Below, one piece after another: positions 27,040 to 41,633 of a stretch of 64,000 nucleotides of DNA. Source of the DNA: Azolla caroliniana (taxonomy: Eukaryota; Plantae; Polypodiophyta). The position numbers and the translations under genes were made by a program. How positions within the stretch are numbered: position 1 is the stretch's first letter; each line of letters starts with the position of its first letter. Below the pieces are notes generated by a model. It did no database searches, had not been told where the DNA came from, and saw only the letters and a program-made list of their open reading frames with translations. The DNA lies in contig JBHGNT010000003.1 in assembly GCA_043228905.1 (NCBI GenBank), positions 21,328,001 through 21,392,000 on the forward strand, given 5' to 3'.

Positions 27040-30000
27040 TTTTCATTGTTACATCAGAAGCCTTTTGTGATGATGAAACCTCCCTAGATGCATCCATTTT
27101 GATACCAGAAGCACTTGCTGAAGAAAAAAGGGTTTCTTCCTTCCTTTCCTTCTCGTTGCTATTGGGATTCTCCTTGCTATCATTATCTTCTACTTCTTCT
27201 TCACTGCCAGTCTCATCCTCGGTTTCGAACTGTGCTCCTTGTGCCGCAGTTTTGGGTTCTAATGTTGCTAACTTGTCTCGGAGCTCCCTAAGCTTCGCCT
27301 TCTTTGAATTCAAAACTGCCACAAACTACAAGGCAAAATGGAATTGTTGTACCATGCATATTATTGCTACAGATAACTGTTATGAGCATATATGTATATA
27401 TTCATCATACATTAATGGAGCTAATGAGGCTATCTCCATTAAACCAAAGCCCAATTGACTCCATATAGATGTGATTACTAATGTATATACTTGGAAGCTG
27501 TAATCATATCTTAATGGAGCAAATGAACCGAGCTCTGGCCATCAAGGGGTGATTACAAGCATATATTCTAAGTGTCTTTTTTATCACCATATGGTCCATA
27601 CAGCATATTGTACAGAGATTTTCTTTTGCCAAAATTTCACATCATTTGAGGCTCCCACTAGTAATGGGGTCTATTAGGGTATGATTATGCATGTGCTAAC
27701 AACCATGATAAGTCATGATTGTACAGTAAGTTATTACTATAAAAACAATAGTTAATGTACTCTATTATGGTATGATTATTCATATAGTCATAACTGTAAT
27801 AAAGCAACTTGCATGGTTTTATCAGGTGCAACAGAAGATTTCTTTGCCAAACCTTTTTGAAAACGTCAATTTCAAACTGTATTTTGTCATTTTTGAATTG
27901 TTCATTTTGTTTCAAACATTTCTGTGCCTCCTCTTTCATCCTCTCAAAAGATTGCGTCTTACGGAGCACTTCATCCTGCATCAAAGAAATTTTTTACCAA
28001 CAAGTTGGGTGAGTTAATACAATGATAATAAAGAAAGCAACAGAAAATCATGAAACGATTAGTATGAAATGCAAATCAAATTTTGATAGAGACATTACAC
28101 TCAGCTTGATATTTGAATCCATCAGAAAATTTAGAATGTCACATGTAAGATGTTGGTCATTCTCAGCCTTTTCACATTTCCATTTCCATTCAAGCTTTGT
28201 ACCATGTTTAACAAATGTCCATGAAACCTGCAAGTTTCAACTATGATGAATATAACATCAACAGAACCACAAAAGCCAATTGGTTAGCTATATCATGAAT
28301 GCAGAGTTCAACCTTTCGATTTTCACCATCAGCTATGAATGCATATGTGGAGTCAGGATGTTGATAGCTTAAAAATAACTGTGCCCTCTCTAGATATTCT
28401 GCCACACTCTCATCCCATCCAGCTGCTCGCTCTGCAACCACTTCTGGGATTCCTGGTTTATATCCACACATTTAATACATACATGATATAAAAATAAAAT
28501 TATAAGTTCAATACAAAACATTTCAAACAGTTCATGAACAATGATAAGACTCGATTTCCATTTCCTTTGTTCTATCACTGAAGAAAATGTCTTTGGCCTA
28601 GTTCCTTTGTCTCCCTTGTTCTATTACTGAAAATAAGTCTTTGACCTATCCCCACCAAATGACTATGAGAAAGTGCCACCTTTGGACCTTTACGCCTGTC
28701 CATAGAGAGTAGCCGTGTGGTCTACCTAATAGAATAGCCTAAATCACTTAATGAGGATCCACTCAACAATCTGAATACTTTAGCATGGAATAATATGATA
28801 GGACTACTCTGTCAGAAAATTTTCCAGCCCGAAAATTAGATCTGATGCTATATACACACACATGTGGTACACAAACATGGAAACTTAACCAAACACATAG
28901 GTGAAGGCCAAGTCCAGTTGCATGAGAAATACTATTGTAAGATCTACACTACTTTCCAATCTTCCTTTTTCAACAGTTCTTTTGACTTCACCAAGGATCG
29001 TGGTGGCAGTTCTTTTACAGCTATAACAGTGTCAATTTTAGTTTTGGTTATTTTTTATCGAATGACAACAATAAAACGGATAATGATTACGACTTCCTTT
29101 AGCTCCATCACTTCCTCTCATGCTACAAGTCAACGAATGGGTCTTGAGCAAGGCCCTTGAAAGGGGTTACAAAAGATTAGGCAATAGCAATGTGCTGTGC
29201 TGGTAGGCCATGACCATTTGGACCAGAGCCTTGTCACCGTTGTCATCAACAAATAAAGGCTGTTATCACCCCGCATTGAAAGTGCTTCCAAGATTTTGCA
29301 TCTTGGGGCAGCCCATGTCGTGAGATTTTTGAAGGGCAGAAGTTTCAGTCTATCTAACGTCAGAATCTTAAGTTTTTAGATATCTAGATTCTTTTTTACC
29401 CTATGTTTAGTTTATATTTATTTTGGTTTCTCATACTCAAAGATGACAAAACATTTAAAAATGTACTCTTTTGTTTGGTCTTATAAGCCATTTCGGCCTC
29501 TTAAAAAGACATTAATATAAATTTCTTTCTCTCTCTCTGTATACTTGCATTAGCCATCTCCTTCCCTATAATATAAAAAGACATTTTGTTTGATCTTCTC
29601 TCTATATCCCACCGGAGCCCAAAGAACAGTCTACCTTTGAGTGGAGGGCTTTCAATGGGAGTATGCATACATGCAAATGATCCCAGGCTATGTTAACATG
29701 AAACTAAGACTTAATAAGTTCACTGCAAGGTTTAGTTTCAAACCTTATCGTGACCACAAGAGGGAAGCACATGTCACATCATGTTCAAAAAAACCCACTC
29801 AACTTCTTTTTCCACCCACACCCATGTGAATGAGAAGGTAGTTTCAGGTCTTCACAAAAGATGAAGAGAACTGGATACTATGTTAGTGCATTGTTTGTTG
29901 GAGATATTAATATGACTTTGCCTCAGGGCATCATGTGGATATTACAAGCAAATTGAGAGCGTTATCATGTGTCTCTTCCAATAAAGTTCTGGAGATGTGT

Positions 30001-31943
30001 GGTTTTATTTCGGAGTTCCATTTCATTTTAAATGCATAAAATATGTCTCTTAATAGAAATAAAAACTTGGGAAATGATGCATGATGTGGAAATGGATGAG
30101 CTTCCATTAGGCAATATCCAAGTAATTTAAGGACGTTTCTAAAAAGGGTCAAAAAAGCTATAAAAATAAATATTGGTCTGTATTAATCCCTGAAATAAGA
30201 AAAAAACAGAAATTTTAGAGTTCCCCGAATGGTTAAATGAACTCTGAAGAAGGGGTCAAGGCATTTACCAAAAGTGTTTTGCATGTTGTCCAAACTTGTT
30301 TGGCAGAATTTGTTACAGTAATTGTCGCCCACTTCCAAGATCAGCCTTTACAATAATACCTTGGATGAGGATATATTTATAAGGATATACCTCGGAAAAC
30401 ATTTTGAGATAATGCCCACAGATATGCTTTGCATTGTTGCATGAAGATAGATATTCTCTCTTGTACCACATGCCCTATTATTCATCATGTATAGTAGTTT
30501 AGATCATTTTTTCATTCACGCCACCACAATATTTTATAGTCTCTTTGAAATTTCTTTTGGTATGGATGATGTCATCAAGATTGCAAGCGTTTTCGGCCTT
30601 CTTATCAGCCAATTTTGTCTCTTTCCTATTTTATAACTTTTTTTTCATTTACCATTGAATATATTTTATAGTTTCAGATTAAACTTAGAGCATTTCGTTT
30701 TGTATGAAACATGGCATAGGGTTTGCATTTGGTTTGAGTCTCATTGACAAATTCTGCCTCTTCGGATACATGTAGCACTAATATAATCCGCATATATTTG
30801 AGCACCTTTACAGGCATCACTCAAGAATACTAATAAATCAGTTGATATACCTGTTTAGTCAAGAAAAGAGTCATGATTCTTCTGGACTATGAATGGATGC
30901 ACATATATTGCTGATGAACTGCGTAAAATAGGAATGCATCTTGTACCACATAGAGAACTTATACACCCATTCAAAGTAGATTTGATTAATCAAATGAGTC
31001 ATTAACATTCCATTGAAAGGAATCAAAGTACATGCTGGAACCTCTGTTTGTCAAATATATCTACTCTCAATTGGCCATGGGAATGCATCCCATTCTATCA
31101 GTTATCACCCAGCTGCCATCATTAGCCAGCTTATGCAACATCACAAGAATAGAGAATAGCAAGCGCAAACATAACAGAACTCAAATTGTAGCCCATTATT
31201 GATCAAGGTATAACTTGGCGTCTTGCATAACTTCATCAAGTAGCCAAGCCTCATGTTTGCCATTTAGTTGTACCACAAGAACTTCTTTTCCCATTCCTTA
31301 CCATGGTCCAAAATCATCTACCTGTACCTTTAGAATATTGTGCAAAATATTCCTTCCAGAGATAAATCCGTATTATTACGTGTGGACCAATGAGAGTAAG
31401 CACTTCTGCTGTGTGCTGGCGGGGCAAAACCTTTAATAGAAATCCCATAAGTGAAGCCATCTCCTTTTCCCTCACTCTCTTTTTTCTCGGTCTGTACCTC
31501 AAATAGATAGAGAGGGAGATGGGTACAAGACAATAAACGCCCCCATTGCCTATTCTACACTAATGTAACCCTTTTGGTCGTGAATATCCAATGAGGGGCA
31601 TACTGAGGATACATTTCAATCTTAGCTTTTATTCTGTTCATATACTATCCATCATATTAACGATGAGTCACGAGTATGTTAGTTAATACATTTGTACAGA
31701 TGCTTTGGTCTCATAGTTCATGTTGGCATTATATAATTTTCTTTATTCCATTAGACAAAGATATCTCCTCACTGAAAAGATTGCCATACCTGTGCATATC
31801 CAACAATGTAAACCATTGCTGATGAAGAGGTTGAAACGATCAGGAAACCAAGATCCTTTGATAAATAGTGGAGAAGCATGACTACCAAGTATTAAACGGG
31901 CACACGTTTGAACTCCACCAGAAGAAACTTGCTTCGAATTCAT
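26936..31943 (-). CDS. XRCC4: DNA repair protein XRCC4 (NHEJ ligase IV partner), ~311 aa
   Basis: Exons 31943-31790, 28452-28313, 28227-28099, 27975-27853, 27325-26936 in frame with GT-AG. Motifs TCARL...PLFIKGSW...F.LFISNG..CWIC, ERAAGWDESVAEYL, SWTFVKHGTKLEWKW, NFLMDSNIKLSDEVLRKTQSFERMK, KFVAVLNSKKAKLRELRD, acidic tail, terminal PKRRR. Confidence 0.93.
30400..31460 (-). pseudogene. Possible decayed PPR-gene remnant inside XRCC4 intron 1
   Basis: Broken peptides GMGKEVL...HEAWLLDEV and MGYNLSSVMFALAILYSC resemble PLS-class PPR consensus (G.GKEAL...M..EG..PDEV; G..PN.VTF..L.AC). Stops and frameshifts present. Weak. Confidence 0.3.
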
Positions 31944-32119
31944 TCTCGAGCTATTGCCTTGCTCAAAATCTCATGTGTCTGCTATATAAAATGCATGTTG
32001 GTGGCACAAATATTAATAGTTTTACTAACATGATACATCCCATTATCAATATGTGAGAAGATCAGGACAGCATTGAAATGAACATAAAGACATGTCTGTG
32101 TCTATAAAGATTGGGGGGG

Positions 32120-32159
32120 TAGGGTTTAGAGTTTAGGGTTTAGGGTTTAGGGTTTGGGG
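32120..32159 (+). promoter_or_regulatory. Telomere-type (TTTAGGG)n / telo-box cluster upstream of the XRCC4 ATG
   Basis: TAGGG TTTAGAG TTTAGGG TTTAGGG TTTAGGG TTTGGGG, between a candidate 5'UTR donor (~32223) and acceptor (~31979) on the minus strand. Confidence 0.7.
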
Positions 32160-35100
32160 AACTAAGACGATTTTCAACCACAAAGAATTTGAAATTTACA
32201 CAAACACACAGAGAGTTGCTTACCTCAAGACCCAGTTGAATTGGTGAGAGAGTAGAACAGAGTTGTAGTAGTAGTAGTAGCAGCAGACTAGCAGTAGTAA
32301 CAGAGGTGCTTCATCGTTCAAACTCTTGAAAATCATCACAGACAGACATATGTATGTACATAGAATAAGCATACATGCACACATACATTATGATACATAT
32401 ACATACACACATGCATGCATACATGACATAACATACACATACATACATCACATTACATGCATGCATGTATGCATACATCACATAACATGCACATACACAT
32501 ACATAGAATCAAGCATAGCATACATGTCGAGAAATCTAACCACCCTAATATATCCTTCTCAACGTTCCTCGGACATTTTACTGAAAACACCAGATATCCT
32601 TCTACCCACCATATACCATATAGACAGAGAAATCTAACCACCATATATCCTTTTGGGCATTCCCGTACTTTTTTACTAGAAACACCCATCAAATCATTTC
32701 CAACTTTCTCGATAAAATTGTGTGGGCGGGAATTATGGGATGGGTGGTGTTGGTGTAAAAAATGTGGGTAAAACAAAGTCGATTGTGAGTGATCGGGGGT
32801 TGGGAGCATTGCAATCGTGTCATATTCCAACTTCTGAACTTGTTTGGGGGCAAAATCTGCATAGTAGATGAGGGGACTCAGCATTGCTCCAATCCACCAA
32901 TCTCACATCGACGAGTATGTGGTGAGCTAAGTCACATGGAATAGATTAAGTCTATGGCAAGCAACTAAATGGGCTTCGTCATGCATGCATAGGTGCAATT
33001 TGCACATCGGAGAAGACAATCTCATGGTTTAGTGTGAAGTAAGCTTTTCTATTGGTGTTGAGCAAGTACCAACAACTCATTTTACCAGAATCATTGAGGA
33101 GTGTGATTCATATGTAAATGGAGTAGTTGAGATAGCAATGATCTAATGTATGTAAGGAGTCATAGTTCTCAAAAATAAGGTTGTTTGTCAATTTAAGCCA
33201 TTTAGTTGTATTTAGTTGTATGTGCTCAATGGAATCACATAAGCATACAATGACATGTACAATCACACTTCAACATTATGCTTAATTAATATACCCTATT
33301 TGTTTTCTCCATTGTATCTTTGTGGTGTTGCAATAATTTATTTGGTGCTGGTGTTGACTCAATACACATTTGAAGGTTGCAGATGCTTTCATAATAATTG
33401 TATGGAATTGGTGCAATATATGGAATGTGACCAATATCCAAAGCTTAGAATATCAGTTAGTTGTTGGGCAGAGAGTGGAAGAAGAAAAGGGAGTGTTGGT
33501 GTATGGAAAAGGGTTAGTGCAAATGTAATGTTTACGCATTTCCCTCCACGTTCGATAACTTCTATGGCATGGAGTTGAGTGTATACGAACGGATTCAATG
33601 AGAGTAACATAGCAGACACTTTGAAGATGTGCATGGGCAAAACTAGCTATTTCTTCATATTCTTCATGTCATGACCACCAATTAGCCTTCATGATTTTGG
33701 GGCAATCAAATTTCAAGATTTGATACTAATTACGTATTGATTGTAGTCCATATCTTGTTGATTTCACTGGACTAAGCAATCCCCGACAACGTCCTCATAG
33801 ATAGCATTGTTTGGACACCTTGTGATTAATTAGCCTTATCTCTTATTGAATTCATGTTTACTTGTTGCCTAGATTTAATTTTCTGTCCATAACATGGAGG
33901 AAGAAAATCTCGTACATTTTCGAATTGTAGTCGTTATATTTCCTAATGGATACCACATATAATAATAAGAATGAATTGTTTATATATATATATATGACAA
34001 GATCGAGAGTTTTATTCTTCAAATTCTGATATGTATGGCAAAGTCAACATTCCACTAATAATATGTTTTGTTTAAACACTTTAGGTTGGTATGTAAGCGT
34101 GTTGTCTATGGCAATTGAAGCATCAAAGAAAATCATGTTCTTAAGTCATTAAGATCATGTAACTTTTCTACACATATTTACTAAACTTTGTGTACATCTC
34201 GTTGTCCATGCTCTTTAATTGAGGTATCACGCAAAGTGACTTTTTTGGCAACGCGTTTGTGTCATTGAGAATCCAAGTCATTGACATGTTCACTTTTTCT
34301 ATTTCTATTGGGCTACCCAGTTCAACAAACATAATAAGATTACACAATCCCAAGAAAGTTCCAAGCACTATGTTTGCTTTGGAAATGGGAGGGGGCGCAA
34401 TCTACTAGGGTGAAACAAGTATTTAAGGAGAATGAGAGGTTCCAAAATCTAAAAGCTAGCCCTTTTTAAGCGCCCAATGTTATACTAATGTTATTCTCTT
34501 CTCATACATGTAATTCTTATCAACGTTAATTCTAGTTGGTATTTGTAAGCTCAAATCTACTCCAACATGGCACTATGTTCTGGCATTCCAAGAGTTTGCT
34601 TTAAAAGATGCTCTTTAAAAGTTATTGTAGACCCCAGTGGCATTGAGGGTTTGCACACAATTGAACATATTCCCATTCACATATTCAATCAATTTTAACA
34701 CAAAGTTGAATTGCATGCAGACAGTAGAACCCTCCTAGAGGACCCCAATTGTGAGTTGTAACTAAATTATGGCCTCAAGTTCAAAACACTCAATAAGCTG
34801 ATAGAAATATTTGTACTATGTAAACGAAATGCATCCCTCATTTTAAAGTAGACTCGTGTATGCCAGTTGGGTTGAGAAATTTATCCATCTTTTGTAAAAA
34901 AACATAGTCAGTGACATTCCAACTTCTATGCTAAATTATCAAATGAGTAGTTGGCATAAAGGAGCAATAGGATCATGAAAACATTGAAATATCCAATAAT
35001 CCTCTCCCAATGTTCATGTACCTATTGAGGATAATATCCTGACAATGATGAGCAAATCATCTCATTCAATTATTTTTGTCGGTAACATGTCCAAATGCAA

Positions 35101-37699
35101 AGGATGGTAATTTTGTTACTCACCAAAAACTAGTCAAGGAGATAAACTTTCTTCTATCTAAGCAATAGAATTTCTAATGAAGCTAGGTAGGTATCTAACA
35201 TTTAAGTAATATATTAGTTAGAAAGAGATTGATGGCCACATGTAATAACATAAGAGCCAAGGCTCATTGGGGTAGTGAGATGTAGTTGGATATGTTCTAG
35301 CATTTTTACTAAATATTAGGGTCAACATTTGCGATGCAATATCCCAAATTTAACATTTTAACGTCTTACTAGTGAATCCTTAGTGCCTCTAATATTCTAT
35401 CGTCGATGCTCACAATGTTCATAACATCCCCTAATAGCTCCAATAGATCTTTTATTCCCCATCTTTTAAACCATTCCATAATGTAATGCAACCAACCAAA
35501 TGAGACGATTTTCCCCTATTAGTTTTTTGTACCTCTTTTAACAATTTGTGTCCTATGTCCAACCCTGCTTTTAACAAATTGTGTTCGGTCATATCCTTGA
35601 CTTTTGCAATATACTTATATACTCTTTGATCATCCTCGAAGATCACTCATGACCTAGGAGCCAAAGTGAAGCATTTTCATGTAGAGAGAGACATGGAGAG
35701 AGAGGGACAAAGAGAAATACACACACACACACAAATAAGGGTGAAACCCATGAATAAAGTTTGTGTGCTTAAATGACTACAAGAGCACACCCATTCGCGA
35801 AGGGACCCTTGTATAACAAGTAGGTGATACCATGTGCACATACATGATTTCATCACATGAGACCTTTATTTATTTTGTTGGTGTTAACATTCCGATTGTC
35901 ATTTATAATATCGCTCTTCTAACATCAATATAATACAAAATGTCCATTGATCATGTCAACATCTATCACTTACGAATTAGGGATTGTCATGTCATCACTA
36001 CGCAAAAGTAGCTCACATTGAAATCAAAACTCCATTGCCCACTAACATGTGTATCAATGTTGTGCAAAAAGTGTTAGATATGCATTTTCTAGTTACTATG
36101 TACATATCCATCTTCATATTGAAATTAAAGTTGTTACTTACCAATAAGACTATCAACTTCATGGAAAAGGGTAGCCCGCAATTACAATGAAGAAAGTAAA
36201 CATGAGCTCAAGGCGATGATCATTGAGCAACACTTCCTTAATGAACTAATCAGGGCATGGGGTACTAATATGGGTCATGTATGGTTAGCCTAACATAGGG
36301 TAGCATCAATACATTATTTTAAGGTGGCTTGTCCTTTGAGTGCGCCTAACATCTATTTACTAGTGCTTACACTTCATTAGTATAGTTTGCCTTAACGTAG
36401 TGATATAGGTTACAATCCTGAGGTTGTAGATAGTGATTTGTAAATCTATACATTAGTTCCAAAACAACTTCAAAATTAGATCCATTGTTTATGACTTGAA
36501 CTTAGACTTTCAAGGTAGCACAAAGTTTACTACTAGAAGAGCTAACCAAAAGAAAGTCGTCATGACTCATATCATGTGCGTTACAAAAATATTTAAACTC
36601 ATTAATACCAAAACATCCCCATATCGTATAAACACTTACATTAACCAAAGTCATCACTATACTTATATTACCAATGATTTTTTGGAATCCTACATATAAT
36701 ATTTAAACACTTGACTTATATGTAAAATATGTTAAGTGTCACTCATTATGAAAACCACAGACAAAAATCTAATCTTAACTCTCAAGGGTGATTGCCACGT
36801 GTCGAAACTTTAATTTACAAAAATTTAGAGGCAAAGAGAAATTGGGCTAGTATCTCGACTTTTCATGATGTTAAATTCTTCTTTAGCAAATATCACTTGT
36901 AAACTATTAAATCATTGTACATTTCATTGTGGTAAATAATGGACAATGATTTTCAAAATATTTTGAAACGGCCATTTAGCTATTATTAACCCCTCTTTCT
37001 TTCTTTTCAATGAATGTTTGGAGGGTCCAATTATAACGTTGTAAGTTCAACATTATTTCCTTCCAGACAATGCATATGTCGTTTATGTTGTCGCGTTGGT
37101 GATCCTTGTACAGATACATGGTTTCTACATACAATGGGTCTATGTATCAACAACCTCTATGGCTACATATCTCTTGGCTGGCAAACCCTAGGCATGCCTA
37201 ATTATAGCAACCACAAGTTGAGATAGGGATAAAGTGAAACCATCTCTTGAGAAATATTCAAAATGCATTGGAGTTTATCACAATATGTTGTACATTATGA
37301 AACAATGGACCTTCTCTTCAATTACCTTTCACAAAGTATTTTCCACTTGGCAACACCATCAACCAACTTGCTTTCCACCATTCCTTGAGGTGTACTTGAC
37401 CAATCACACATCAAGGCAAATGTGACAAGGCTTCCATATATGCATGTGGGGCACGGTATGAACTCATCATCTACTATGGAAAGTAACAAATAATATGATG
37501 ATAGAAAGTAGTATTTGTCCCTACCTCTCAGAAGGATTGGTGCAACTCTTGGATGTAACTAACAAAAATAAGTTATTGTTGAGAGATGATGTTGATGTAA
37601 CATGCCCCAACTACCCTTTTGAACATGATCAATAGAGAGATGGGTAAATTAATGCACAATAAGTTTATCTTTTGGATTAGAAACCTAATGTAGATTTTC

Positions 37700-38100
37700 C
37701 TTCGGATTTCCTTCTCGAGAGGCCAATAGAAAAGTCTCCTTTAGAGTTTGTACACATCAATGTTTTCAAATAGATGGTGGTAACAACTATGGGTGAATAA
37801 TCCTACTTATTCCCAATAGGATGATGGTGCTTAGAATGTTTATAAAGTGGCATTGATTGATGTGGGTAGATTTCAAATGGTTAAGGAGATTTCTTTCAAA
37901 CTGGTTTCGCGCGTATACAACATCAAAATGAATTTAGAGGCACTCGGTGGTTCCACATACTCTAGAATGAAACAATGTACTAGAATTTCAAAGTCATATA
38001 ATTGTTGAAATGGCTCAATTATGCTCCACGGATGGTACTTTAAGTTAGCCCACTTACCTTGAATCGGATCTTTGAAACATCAAAAGATGAAACCAGAGCA
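37700..38100 (+). mobile_element. Degenerate Ty1/copia integrase relic
   Basis: SPLEFVHINV (cf. PLDLVHSDV) and PHTLE*NNVLE (cf. PHSPEQNGIAE) in the expected order. Confidence 0.55.
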
Positions 38101-41100
38101 ATATCTAAATTTTGGAGATGATGATTAATATGAGGAACGTGCAAGCCTTAGGCAAGTTGATCTTTAGCATTGAACTAAGACCACAAATCTAACATAATGT
38201 AGAAGGTCAAAGAAGTCAATGAAATTAGAGAAATAAGTACGGTGGAAGTGTGTGATTGCTCAAATCTTCAACCTCACACTCGTGGGGGATCTCCTTGAAG
38301 AAGATAAATGGTCGAGCTCTGTGGAGGATGCAATAAATAATCTAAGATGGAAAATAGTTTACAGGATCTAATATGAAAGTATTCTTGATAAGCAAACTTA
38401 GAATTGAATTAGTCAATATATTAGACAAAAAGCAAGACGTAGTGGGTTTGGAAGATTAAGTACAAGAATGATGGATTCATGGACAAATAGAATGCAAGAA
38501 TAATAGTGTGGTGTGCATGTGTTCCCTTGTGCTACCCTTTTAGCACACCCTTTTTAGGATGCATGTACCTAAGCTGACCCACCCTTTTAGCACACCCTTT
38601 TCAGCTAAGCCAACCCAAATTGGTACCTTTGTATCAACTATAAATTGGGCAAGAAGTAAGAAGCTAAGTAAGCTAGTTTTGATATCTTATGTGCATTTCA
38701 CAAGTAGCAAAAGGGTTTGAATAAAAGATGGGAGAAGTTTTTGTGAATTTTTTCACTCTAATCACAAGCCTTAGAGCTAGTTATTTGAGTTGTCTTGATA
38801 GTGCATGCATCGTGGAATTGACTAACACACAAGATGTATGTGTAGTTATTTGCATCATTATCTACTCGATCCAAGCTAGTCCAATTTAGACTCCAATTGA
38901 TGTTACCTTAATTCTAAGTGTCCATGTAATTTAATCTAACGTTCTCCCAACCATAAAACATGTTTTCTAATGCTTCCATCGTCTTTTTCTCCACTCATTC
39001 AATGATGTTCTTCAACTCTTGAAGATTCATCTTCAATTGCACGAAAATATAAATGTTTCTTTGTACATTGAGGGCACTCATTACTGAGGTGCGAGAAACA
39101 AAGTTATTTAACCCAACAACTGTTGTGTTGTATATAAGGCCAAAGCTATAGGTTAGAAAAAAGATCATGGGTGCTATACAACACAATCAATAGTATGTAA
39201 TTAGATGGATTGCTTAGCATGTTTTTAGTGAGTAATTCATGATCATGTAACCGTGAGATGAATCTTGGCAATAAAAGGGGATTGATGGTTTCGTATACAT
39301 TATGTAGTTTTGGGAAAGTCAAGAAGTTAGATTCTTCTAAGAGAGTAGAGTCACTCGAGGGAGCTTTTGGTCCCAATTATATGAGAGTGTGGTTTATACA
39401 ACCCTCACGACAATTAGTTCCCTATGCCTTCGTTGTCAACCAAGTATAGGCATTGACCAATAATTGCCTTGGGCAACAACTTGTTCTTGGTAGTTTCAAC
39501 AATTGACTAGAATGTGAAAGTCACAAGGAGGTCAATGGGGAACTATCATCATCATCATCAAGAATTCCAATTATGAAAACTATATGGCAATGCAAAGAAC
39601 CATCGTCATGATCATGATGGCAAGGCCAGATCAACCCTCACCCAAAGCCTATGTTGATTGTGCTTCTTGGAGCCATAAGCTCTAGGTTGTCCTACATGCT
39701 TTGAGAAGTGCCCCTCAATGTTGAAATCAAACGACCCATCGTATATATACTATATCTTAGTGTTTAGATTGGATGATTATTAGCAATGAAGATGAGCAAT
39801 GGAAGCAAATGCAATTAAACTTTTTGAAAAAAATAAAATAAAATAAAAATATGGAAGCAAATGCAATTATGGAATAAGTTTATTTAAGCACTTTGTAGAT
39901 AATTTTGTGGCTCCCAAAGTCTAGTAGTAGGGAGGGGTTCCTCGATTGAGACAAAAGGCTACTAAACTAAAGAGGACGAAGGAGTTCATATTCACTTTGG
40001 AGAAGAGAAACTAAAAATGATTTTGTTCACAACAATTACAAAGTTAATAAAGGAATTCCCTACGTGAGAAGCGTTTTGGAATGAAAAGAAGCTAACAAAA
40101 GTTGAAGTGCAAGTATGAGCACTGAGACCAAATTCTCGACAACTTTGAAGGTCCATCAATTGCACTTCAATGTCACATCTTAGCATCTATACTAAATCTC
40201 ATGATGTTGTCCATTTAGGCAATGATAGGTACAGGAAGAAAACGAATTCGTCAACAACCCTTATCCATCCTTTGTACATTATTCTAACACCCAACTCGTG
40301 AAAACTCACAACTTTATAAAGTTTACATGCAAAGTTATAGAAGTTCTTACCTTCATTCAAATAAAACTCCGATTGCCCGGCGAAAACTTTCAACATGCAA
40401 TAAGAAGGTGCTTTCATTCGGGAATAACTCCAATTGGACTATTGAAGACTTATAAAGTTTAAACGAAGCAGATTATAATACGATGATCGGCTCGATATCA
40501 CTTCACACTTGGGGGGGATGGGGCCACTGCAATGTGAAAGTGAGGAAAAGAGATCACGAGTCCATGGGAATGAGGCGAGAGACAAACGTTGAACATAACA
40601 TGTCCTCAACACACATACACAGAGTTTTATTAGGATCCGTCATCGCTATGTGAATGTGTGTACTCCATGGATGGATGGATGGATGGGATGCCCATCACTC
40701 TCACAAGAAGCAAGCATTTGTGTTGAGATCGGCTAGGGCCCTCTCTAATAAGTGTGAAAGGGCTAATAAATAAGAATAAGAATAAAAAAAATAAAAACAA
40801 AAAAGAGAGTATGAAACAGCTTGGAATGTGGTGTGTGTCTAGTAAATGCATGGACTGATGATCGATAAAGGCTTCGTTTTCTTTGCTTAAAAAAGAAAAA
40901 GAAAAAGAAAAAGAAAGGAATATGCATATGTAAATGAGACCTTCGATCCTGAGAGAGAGAGAGAGAGAGAGAGCCAAGAGAATTATTATTTTCTTTTCCT
41001 TTTAATTTTAACCACGGATGGGGAAAGCCAAGCACAGAAACGCAAAAGCCGGATGAAAAGCAGCGCAGGTAGGAAAAAACAAAACGCAGAACGCAAAAAA

Positions 41101-41244
41101 GCAGAAGATAAATAATGGACAGAGCGAGAGAGAGAGATAAACAAACAAACAAATAAATAAATATATACTTATAAGTTATAAACAAAAAAAAAACAAAAAA
41201 CAAAAAAATAGACAAATATGTAAATAAACAAACAAATATGTAAA

Positions 41245-41304
41245 TATATAAATAAATAAATAAGTAAATAAATAAGTAAATAAATAAGTAAATAAATAAG
41301 TAAG

Positions 41305-41383
<79 letters not shown>

Positions 41384-41385
41384 AA
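41245..41385. repeat. (TAAA)n microsatellite with TAAG variants
   Basis: Directly visible. It is followed by CT-rich tracts up to the GT34 start codon. Confidence 0.95.
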
Positions 41386-41596
41386 TAAATGAAATTGGTT
41401 TTCATTAACTGCTGCTGCTTCTCTGCATAATAAGTCTCTCTCTCTCTCTCTTTCTCTTCCTTCTTCTTCTTTTTCTTCTTCTTCGCTAATCGCCATAGCC
41501 GCCCCCTCTCTCTGTCTTTCTCTGTCTCTCTCTACTTTCTGAGTTCTCGCCTCAACCAAAGGTTCTCTCTGAGTTTCTACCATTCTGCAATCTCCG

Positions 41597-41633
<37 letters not shown>

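Noticed and set aside
26595-27458. Three plus-strand ORFs starting MGSVKSETTES
   Set aside because: Antisense shadows of the XRCC4 last exon and its 189-bp repeat, with GTG starts.
32600-36700. Scattered gypsy-like or other TE peptide traces (also at ~1.4-2.9, 39, 45.5-48 and 51.3-52 kb)
   Set aside because: Too degenerate to assign a family or boundaries by eye.
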